A stretch of DNA of 64,000 nt, from contig NW_003314324.1 in NCBI RefSeq assembly GCF_000143415.4, positions 62,001 to 126,000 of the forward strand, read 5' to 3'. The stretch comes from Selaginella moellendorffii. Taxonomy: Eukaryota; Plantae; Lycopodiophyta. Under the pieces are notes generated by a model. The model saw only the letters and a program-made list of their open reading frames with translations. It made no database searches and was not told the DNA's origin. Shown here one piece after another: positions 40,875 to 49,902 of this stretch. Positions within the stretch are counted from its first letter, which is position 1. The number at the start of each line of letters is the position of its first letter. The translations under genes were made by a program, and so were the position numbers.

Positions 40875-42317
40875 TCACGCTTTCATGGCAACTTTCAAGG
40901 CTTTCTTACACAGACTCTTTGACCAGCTAGAGATCTCTTTGTCAGCAAAGTTGCGAGTGAAGAAGACGTCATTGAGCAGCTTTTCCTTGTGAGTTTGCGC
41001 CAGCCGGATGTGTATGTCGACGCCCCTGCTCTGATCGATCGATTTCGGCTCTGGGGCTGGAGCTGGAAACAGCGCCACAAACGAAGGCGGCAGAGCAGTC
41101 GGAAGAAGGCAAAGCTGAGCCAATGCGCCACCCCGCCAGCCAAAATCAATGCCATAGACTGGAAACCTCCCCAGAGATGTGGAGAGCAAACCTCGCTTCC
41201 AGTGAAGTGATGCTGGCAGTGCCATGGGAGAGTTTAACTCGAGCCAGTCCACGGCACTGCGCATGCAAAGGTGGTCGGAGCTAACGATCTTCTCGTGGAT
41301 CAGCTTGGCAGCAAAGCTCTTGTCACTCGCGACTTGTCCCGCAGTGGCAGCGTATGCCTGGCATGGAATGAGGGCATTGCCAAAGTAGTCTTCGGGGATC
41401 TGGGGCGCAAATCTACCTTTGCTTCGCAAGTTGATGGGCAGCATGTAGGAAGTATCAAGATGCCCGGGAATGGCTTTTGCTGCGGTTATAGACGACCAAA
41501 GCAATGCCGAGACAGTCTCAAAGGTGGTGGCTCTGCCATAGCCGAACTTGGTGGAGCTTTCGATCTCTCGGGCGCAGGAATCGATGGCCTCTTTACCCAT
41601 CCGCAGCACCATCGATTCGTGTTCTTCCGCCCTTCCAAAGTCGAAGCCGAGTGCATCTTGCTGTGCGTTTTCTACGACGAAAGGCACCGGGGCATCCACG
41701 ACTGGAGAGCTGCGAGCTTTCAGCACCGCGGTTGTGAAGTCTTGGCGAGTTCTTGGGTTGATCGGCGAGACCCCACGGTGGATCTCACTCCATCGCGTGA
41801 GAAATTTGACGAGGCTGTACCCGTCCATGACCATGTGTAGAAAGTGGAAGCCAATGGCCACTCCTCCACAGCGAAACGTTGTCACCTGGACTTGCATCAA
41901 TGACATCTGGGAGAGATCAGCATGATCACCAGAAAGCGAGAAATCGACCGAAATTGGGCACTGCCTGAGGTCCGACCACTCGTCGAGGCTCGCATCGCTC
42001 CTGGATTCAATGACGTTCACACCTTGGGAGTTGACATTCACCTCAAGCTTGAAAGGTGCCTCGCCGTGGCAAATCCGGCCAGCGAGCACAGGGAACTCGG
42101 CCAGTGCTTTGGACAGGGACGACTTGAGGCCTTGGTGGAGCTCTCGCTCGCCATGATGCGGAGAGACGCAGTCGCGGAAGAAGAACACAAGCTCATGGTA
42201 CTCCGGCCTTGGGATCCAATTGATGAGGTCGAGATTGGTGAGCTCATAGTTCCAGCCAGGGGACGATGGGATTGCTGGAGTTACCAAGTGAACCTGGGAC
42301 TTGATAGGCTTATCCAT
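40875..42317 (-). CDS. BAHD acyl-CoA acyltransferase
   Basis: Intronless ORF (first ATG at 42317): LKSSLSKALAEFPVLAGR, QVTTFRCGG, catalytic HMVMDG (HxxxD), YFGNA, DFGWR. Confidence 0.92.
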   Translation of the reverse strand: MDKPIKSQVHLVTPAIPSSPGWNYELTNLDLINWIPRPEYHELVFFFRDCVSPHHGERELHQGLKSSLSKALAEFPVLAGRICHGEAPFKLEVNVNSQGVNVIESRSDASLDEWSDLRQCPISVDFSLSGDHADLSQMSLMQVQVTTFRCGGVAIGFHFLHMVMDGYSLVKFLTRWSEIHRGVSPINPRTRQDFTTAVLKARSSPVVDAPVPFVVENAQQDALGFDFGRAEEHESMVLRMGKEAIDSCAREIESSTKFGYGRATTFETVSALLWSSITAAKAIPGHLDTSYMLPINLRSKGRFAPQIPEDYFGNALIPCQAYAATAGQVASDKSFAAKLIHEKIVSSDHLCMRSAVDWLELNSPMALPASLHWKRGLLSTSLGRFPVYGIDFGWRGGALAQLCLLPTALPPSFVALFPAPAPEPKSIDQSRGVDIHIRLAQTHKEKLLNDVFFTRNFADKEISSWSKSLCKKALKVAMKA

Positions 42318-42733
42318 CACTTGGGTACCTTCCACAGCAGTGCAAATCAGGCTGTCAGAATTTCTTATCTATCTATATGTTGTTTTGGTAGTCTCGTGGT
42401 GCCCGTCGTGAAGCATGACACCAAATTGTGATGCATGCACGAGATCGCGACAGAATTAGCTGGATATTCAAAAGTGGTCTGCAATTTTTTACGCTCCGAT
42501 TATCAGAGTCGTTCACGACTCCCAGGGATGTGCAAGTCAGTCAAACATGCCGGCCTAACCACATGCCACACGTTGCGCATTTGTGGGAAAGATTGTTGAC
42601 GAGAAAGTTTAATAGACTGGAAAGGGTGGCGAGCCTTCGCGGTCGTGTTCGTCATCGTTGCTCAAAATAAGTCCAAGTCCACATCAGATCTTTGCTTAAA
42701 ACAAAGGGATGCGCTGATTCTACAATCACTAAT

Positions 42734-45700
42734 ATGATTTCATTCAGAGCATATGGAAGCAACTTCAGTGTTCATGATGTGCCATATGCAGGCTCTTCTG
42801 ATTATGCTCGGATCAGTTGTAGATTGCAGAGCAGGGAATATAAGTTTCCATCCTGCCAATTGCAACGTTGTAAGGCTTTACCAAGCGTCACGAAGGAGAG
42901 TGCTCCTTGTCACGAATCTCTCCAGTTCTTGGAGGAGGTATTTCCCCTCGTGTTCCACTCTGATTACAATGCTTTTGACAGGAAACAGTTCCAGCATCCA
43001 CCACCGACAGTAAAGCATATATGATAGAGGAAATGAGAAAATTGCTTGCAACCTTGGACGATGGAGAAATCAGTCCCTCTGCTTATGACACAGCTTGGGT
43101 TGCTCGGATCCCCTCGCAGTCAAACGCTACTTGCCCAGAATTCCCCGAAACACTGGAGTGGATTGCTCATAACCAGCTTCCTGATGGATCTTGGGGGGAT
43201 AGGAACCACTTTCAAATTTATGATCGGGTATTGAGCACAGTCTCATGCTTAGTTGCGTTGAAAACGTGGAACCTGGGACATGACAACATCAATAAAGGTA
43301 GTTTCCATGATATAAATCAAGGTTATCTCCTAACATTTTGTGATCAGGTGAAAGATTCCTCAAGCAAAACATATACAAACTTACAAAAGATAAAGGAGAT
43401 TTACTTTGTGGTTTTGAGCTCATTTTTATGACGATGCTAGAGGAAGCCAAACAGAAGGGTCTAGACATTCCAATTGATATTCCAGCTCTAAAAATTCTTC
43501 AAGGATATCGTCAAAAGAAGTTGCAAAAGTAATTAAACTCAAATTTGCTAACATAGTCAATTGAATGCACTAATTTTTCTTTACATATCCAGGATTCCAT
43601 TGGAGATGGTTCATTCTATTCCAACAACAATTCTATATTCTTTAGAAGGATTGCAAGATCACATCAACTGGGAAAAGATTTTGCAGTTCATAGGCACTGA
43701 TGGATCGTTTCTAAGTTCCCCTTCTGCCACAGCTTGTGTATATATGCACACAAAGGACCCCAGATGCTTGGAGTATCTCAAAGGAGTGGTTAAAAAAGTG
43801 AAAAACTCAGGTAAATTTATGTTGTTTGAGTTGATACTGTCAATATTCTAAAAACTATAACTTTAGTGCCATGTCAATATGCTATCGATTTATTTGAGCG
43901 TTTATGGATTGTTGATACCTTGGAAAGGCTAGGAATTGATCGATATTTTCAACCTGAAATTAAAAACATATTAGATTATGTGTATAAGTAAGTATGAATA
44001 GTCAATAACAATTGTCCACTAACAATTTTATGATAGATATTGGAGTGATAAAAAAGGAATTGGATGGGGGAGAGAAAGCTATCTCAAAGATATTGACGAC
44101 ACATCAATGGGCTTTCGTCTGCTCAGGTTGCATGGATATAAGGTGACACCAGGTAAGGTTCTTTTATTCTGTTTATTCATGCATATACATATGGAAAAAA
44201 ATGCGTTTATGTAGATGTATTTCTAAATTTTATGTCAAGCGAAGACAAATTCTTCTGTTTCCCTGGCGAATCATATCATGGTGCTTCTGATATATTCAAT
44301 CTATACAGAGCATCCCAAGTCGCTTTTGCAAACGACAATATCTTGACAAAAGCTAAGAACTATGCTCATAAATATTTATCACAACTTGATAAAGCTTACT
44401 TAGACAAATGGTCAGCCAAGAAAAACTTTTTCCAAGAGGTACACATCTAATTAACATTGATATAGTTCATTTTCAATCTCAATTCAGGTAGAGTTTGAGT
44501 TATCGAACCAGTGGAATTCATGTCTTCCAAGGGCGTATTCTAAATCTTATATTCACAATTACGGCCCGAACGATATATGGATAGCCAAAACAATTTACAG
44601 GTGATTTTCTTTATTTGCTTTTGAAATTCCTTAAGGAATCAACTACAGGCTGCCTTTTGTAAACAATGAGCTCTTCATAAATCTGGCAAAAGAGGACTTC
44701 AACGCATGCCAGTCAATTCACCAATCAGAAATCCAGACGCTCTTGAGGTACAATATAAAGCTCAAAATCACACCTTGATTAAGTTGTGTTTGTGTAAAGG
44801 TGGTGGGCCGCGCTCAAGTTTGGAGATCTTCCATTTTTTGGTGACAAGGTCGTGACAGCCCACTTTAGCATTGCGTCTTGCATGTTTGAGCCAGAGTTCT
44901 CGGAGTTGCGGCTCTTCTACACAAAGTACGCTCTCCTCAGCTCGACGCTCGACGATTTAGCCGATTACTATGGCAGCCCTGCACAGACCAGATGTATTCT
45001 TGAGGCTATCAGGAGGTGAGCAAAGCTTTGAAAAGCGAGAAGTTCTCATCAAACAGTGTCCACAGCTGGGATCCATCTCTCGTGAGCCACTTATCCGAGG
45101 AAGTTCAAATTTGCTTCAGTGGCTTGTACCGGACTATCAACGAAATGGTTAAAAGCGCTTCGAAGGTTCAAACTGGTTCATCCATTAATATAAGGGAACA
45201 CATGCAAGAACAAGTAATGTGCAAATGCAATGTAGCATGATCTGATTTTCTGATTCGTTGATGCAGTTGGCAAAGCTCATCAGTGCTCAACTAGTTGATG
45301 CGGAATGGATGGAAAGAAAACACATCCCGAGCTTTGAAACATACTTGAGCAATGCCACCGTCAGTGTTGGGATGCAAGACTTGCTCCTGAGCTCCATCTT
45401 CTTCTGTGGCGAATCCATCTCAAAACATCTGATGCAAGAGATCAAGAACTCACGCTGCCTGCAACTGACGTGCTTGATCGCAAGGCTGTGCAATGACATT
45501 GGAACATATCAGGTGAGCTTTCCAATCTGTGATCGCTTGATCAACTCACAAGTGATGGTTTCTTTCCAGTTTGAACGAGAGAAAGGCGAAGTTGCCTCAA
45601 GCATTACATGCTACATGCGAGAAAACCGGGGCATCACTGAATCCCAGGCCATAGAACACTTGCAAGGAATCATAGATGAAAGCTGGAAGGAGCTAACTGA

Positions 45701-45863
45701 GGAGTTCTTGACACCCAGCCAGATTCCTCGAAGCATCAAGAGGCTCATGTTTGAAACAGCGCGGATATTCCAGTTCATCTATCCCAAGAAGGACAACTTC
45801 AAAGATCCCAGCAAAGCCATGGCGTCTCTCATACAAAATGTGTTGTATAAACCAGCTGAATGA
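42734..45863 (+). CDS. CPSKSL1: Bifunctional class II/class I diterpene synthase (gamma-beta-alpha), resembling SmCPSKSL1 labda-7,13E-dien-15-ol synthase
   Basis: [17 protein letters not shown], class II DIDD (44089-44100), class I DDLAD (44951-44965), [18 protein letters not shown]. The [10 protein letters not shown]...VLYKPAE sequence matches my recollection of SmCPSKSL1, so the symbol needs BLAST confirmation. Confidence 0.9.
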
Positions 45864-45922
45864 AGGCATGCAAAGATTTAACATCAATTGTTGGCAAAAA
45901 GGAATAAAAAATACCTTGAAAA

Positions 45923-47686
45923 TCAGAAGTCAGTGTGACTATTTTCATTCACCACGAAAGTCTTGGAGTCTAGAAATTGTTTCATGTAATTTAGAGTCCA
46001 CTCTCGGGGCGCACCATACTCTTCTACAAGATGGGAGACGAATGTTTGCACCTCCTTCTCCTAGAACAAGCAGTGTCTCCACTGTAAGTAACGTCACCAG
46101 AAGATCACATACCTGTTTGTCATAGCCTTGTGAGATATCAATGTACTGTGATCTAGCAGCTCTAACTTTCTCCTTTATGAAGAGCTCTTGCTCCGGCGTG
46201 AGGCCCGAATCTGATGCTCGAAGCTCCGCGACAACCTGAGAGTGTGAAAGATTTGAAGCACAGGTGAAAGATTTCTTTTCTTGCTCGCCTTTTTAAGCTG
46301 CTCCAATTCTTGGAGAGCACCGTCTCGTTCTTCGGTGAGACGCAAAGCGACGGCTTCCAGAGACTGCTTCTCTGCCTCGGATCGTTCGCTTTGGGATGCC
46401 ATTTCTTTCAACCTCGCAACCTGGAGCGCGGAGAATCAGCAAACATTAAGTGGAAAGAAGACTAAACCGATGAACCTCCTGTAAAGCCGAGTCCCTCTCG
46501 GTTGCCAGCTGACATGCTAGCACCTCCAGTGCCTCGTTTTGTTGCCTGAATTGTTGGACTTCTTGAGCTAGAGCTTTCTCCACGGAAGAGATTCTCCCCT
46601 GCATGGCCTCGACAGCTTTTCTGAGCCCCGACACCTACACTACGAGCACATCATCTCATCCACGGAAAAGAAAGAAATGGAACTGTGATCTACCTCGGAA
46701 ATTGCAGAGTCCCTCTCCTTGACAAGCTCCATTGCGACCGCTTCAAGAGCCTCCTTCTCAGCAGCCAAGCGGGCGAAATCACTAGCGGCTTGCTTCATTT
46801 CTTCCACCTGATGAAAAACTGTCGTTGAGACAACAATCGAAAAGGAACGAGTGGGAACATACTTTGTTCACTGCTGCGTCGCGTTCCTTGGCAAGTTTTT
46901 CCAGCGCTTGCACGACAGCCTCGTCCATATCCTGTAAGTTTTTTGCAAGCACTAAATCCACGTAGAAGAAAAAGAAGAATCAATTACGCGAGGAAGAACT
47001 ACCGTCGTCCGTTGGACGCGTGAATTCTCGCTACTGTCGACCAACTCACTGATGGCCTTGAACGGAGAAGTCGCAACGAGCACATTGTTCTTCCCTTTCA
47101 AAGCTCGACTACACACGAACAAAACTCCGTCAAGCTTTCAAGAAAGAAGAAACACAGGAGAATACCAAGCTTTCAAGAAAGAAGAAACACAAGAGAATAC
47201 CGAGAAAGAAATCTATCTGATCGCTTACCCAGCGATGAGGATCGAGTAGCCCACGCCCACTGCCTGGAGCGCCTCGGGAACCAGCGGCAAGACCTCCAGT
47301 GAGCTCAGCACACTGCCTCCAATCGCAAGCCCGACACCGGCAATTCCGCCATACAATGCGAGCTCTCCAGCGCTCTTGTCCTTGAGTCCTTTGCGAAATT
47401 CCTCCAAAATCCTCGTTCTGCTGGCTCCAATCTCGCCTTCTACCTCGAGCTTACGCACCTCTTCCTTCTTCTTGCCCGCCGGCTCGTCTTGCAATGAGAG
47501 CTTGAGCTCCGCCGGGCCAAGATCCAAGGGCTTGTAATCCGGAGAAGAAGAAGCCGCCGATGACACCGCTGCTCGATCCGGCGCTTTGAATCCATCATCG
47601 CCAGTGGCAGCGCACCGCGCATCGGGCTTGCGGAAGAGAGACGATGGGAAGATCAAGGCGGGGTAGCGCTGAGCCACAGAGGCCAT
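45923..47686 (-). CDS. CURT1/CAAD-domain thylakoid protein with long C-terminal coiled coil, multi-exon
   Basis: Transit-like N-terminus, then ALYGGIAGVGLAIGGSVLSSLEVLPLVPEALQAVGVGYS (CAAD two-TM motif). Three repeats of E.EALE.VA..L..ERD.A..E follow. Last exon ends NSHTDF-stop at 45923. Confidence 0.72.
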
Positions 47687-47788
47687 CGCCTCTCTCGCTT
47701 CTTTCTCCGCCAAGAGAATGTATATCTTGAAAAATATTTTATCTGGAAGCCCAAGAACCCTAAATTCCCGGATGTGGAAGAGGAGTTA

Positions 47789-49657
47789 ATGCGATTTGGG
47801 CGCCATCGCAATCGCCATCGCCATTGCTACCGCGATCGATTCTTCAGCACAGAGATCGAAGTCCAGGAAGATCCGGCATTCTTTGCGCAGCTTGTGCGGG
47901 GATTTGGCGATTCTAGGGATCTAAGCGCCGGACGAGGGGCTCACGCTCGGATTTCTAGCAGCCAGCACCATGGCAACGTCTTCTTGCTCAATCTCCTGGT
48001 GGAGATGTATGGCAAATGCGGCAGCATTGACGACGCGCGCCAGGTTTTCGATTCCATCCGGCATCCCAACGCGTACTCCTGGAATATCATGCTCACGGCG
48101 TGCGGTAGAAGCGGGGATTTACCGGCGGCCAAGCGCGTCTTTGATGCCAATCCAGAGCGTGGGATCATCACCTGGACGACCATGGTCGCAATGTATGCCA
48201 AGGAGGGGTATCTGGAGGAGTCGCGAGGGTTCTTCGAGAGGATGCCGAGCTGGAGCGTGAAATCTCTCAATGCGATCGCGCAGGCGTATTTGCAAGAGAG
48301 CGATCACGAACACGCGATCGCTCTTCTGAAGAGGATGCCGGAGAAGGATCAAATCTCCTGGAACGTTCTAGTTCAGGCAAATGCCCAGCTTGGCCATATG
48401 GATCGATCACAGTGGCTCTTCGATAGAATGCCGTTTTGGGATTTGGCGTCATGGACGTCGATGATCACTGCGTACTGCACTGCTGGGGATTATCACACTG
48501 CGAGGCTGTTCTTCGATCAGATGCCTGTGAAAGACGTGGTTTCTTTGACAACCATGGTAGCAGCGTATGCCCACAGTGGGCATATGGTTTTAGCGAGAAG
48601 GATGTTTGATGGGATTTCTCACAAGGATGCCGTGGCGTGGACGACCATGCTTGTAGCGTATGGAGAAAATGGCGATGTCGGAAAAGCTTTGAGCCTCTTT
48701 CAAGCGATGCCGAGGAGGGATATAACATCATGGAACGCGATATCGGCAGCTTATGCCCAAGCTGGGCATCAAGAGGATTCTATCAGGGTCTTTGAAACGA
48801 TGCCTTGCCGGGATTTGGTGTCTTGGAACACAGCAATTCTGGCTTGCGTGGAGTGTCACTCTGCGGAGGAAGCCAAGAGATTTTTTGATCAGATGCCTCG
48901 GAAGAATATCATCTCCTGGACGCTGCTGGCAGCGGGATATGCACAAGCCGGGTATACCAGCGATGCCAAGCTCGCGTTTTGGAGGATGCCGGTTATCACA
49001 CTCACGTCTTGGAACTCCATGATCTCTGCGTTTGGTCGGAGCAGGGAGGAGCGAGAGGCAAGGCTGCTGTTTGATGCGATGCCTTTCCAAGACACAATCT
49101 CGTGGAACGCTATGATCGGAGTGTACGCTGAGAGCGGTCACCTGGAGGAGGCTCGGAGATGTTTTGATCGAATGCCGCGACGAGCACAGATCTCCTGGAA
49201 CTCCATGATCCAGGCGTATGCTCAGAGTGGTCACCTGGATCAAGCTCTTGCGCTCAAACTCGACATGATCAACGAGGGATTCCGGCTGGACGAGCGAACG
49301 TTCACGAGCATCCTGGCGGCTCACGGCCACGCGGGTCTCTTCTACGATGTTTTGGAGAACTTTCGGTCGATGCAGGACGATCACGGCTTGCAACCGGTGG
49401 TGGAGCACTATCATTGTCTCGTCGACGTGCTCGGCCGCGTAGGGAGGCTGGGTGAGGCGGAGGAGCTCATCAAAACGATGCCTTTCCCGGCGGATGATGT
49501 CTCGTGGACGAGCTTGCTAGGGGGATGCAAAGCTCACAAGGACGGGACTCGTGGGAAGAGAGCTGCGAGAGAGATTTTGGAGCTGGATGGAGAGTGTTCC
49601 TCGGCTTATGTTCTACTGTCCAGCATCGCTGCCTCCCGAGATCTAAAGGCGCGCTAA
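47789..49657 (+). CDS. PLS-class PPR protein with E domain, no DYW (probable organellar RNA-editing factor)
   Basis: Intronless. NLLVEMYGKCGSIDDARQVFD, many ~31-aa MP.KD.ISW repeats, then HYHCLVDVLGRVGRLGEAEELI, SWTSLLGGCKAH and SSAYVLLS. Confidence 0.93.
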   Translation: MRFGRHRNRHRHCYRDRFFSTEIEVQEDPAFFAQLVRGFGDSRDLSAGRGAHARISSSQHHGNVFLLNLLVEMYGKCGSIDDARQVFDSIRHPNAYSWNIMLTACGRSGDLPAAKRVFDANPERGIITWTTMVAMYAKEGYLEESRGFFERMPSWSVKSLNAIAQAYLQESDHEHAIALLKRMPEKDQISWNVLVQANAQLGHMDRSQWLFDRMPFWDLASWTSMITAYCTAGDYHTARLFFDQMPVKDVVSLTTMVAAYAHSGHMVLARRMFDGISHKDAVAWTTMLVAYGENGDVGKALSLFQAMPRRDITSWNAISAAYAQAGHQEDSIRVFETMPCRDLVSWNTAILACVECHSAEEAKRFFDQMPRKNIISWTLLAAGYAQAGYTSDAKLAFWRMPVITLTSWNSMISAFGRSREEREARLLFDAMPFQDTISWNAMIGVYAESGHLEEARRCFDRMPRRAQISWNSMIQAYAQSGHLDQALALKLDMINEGFRLDERTFTSILAAHGHAGLFYDVLENFRSMQDDHGLQPVVEHYHCLVDVLGRVGRLGEAEELIKTMPFPADDVSWTSLLGGCKAHKDGTRGKRAAREILELDGECSSAYVLLSSIAASRDLKAR

Positions 49658-49902
49658 ACAATGCACAGAAGAGGAGAGTGATTAGTTGAGGAGGAGACAT
49701 GGCCAAACGACTTACACAACTTGGAGATGCTTAGCTCTGCCAACTTTTCATTTTGCACACTGTCACCTCTTGAAGTAGAGTTTCTTGTCATATAAACATA
49801 GAATATCATGTACTTTTGATAAGGCCGTAACCAAAGCTTCTTAACCTCTCACAAATCAAACAATCAAGTGTCGTCAAGCTAGTACCTGGAGTGTTGCAAG
49901 GT

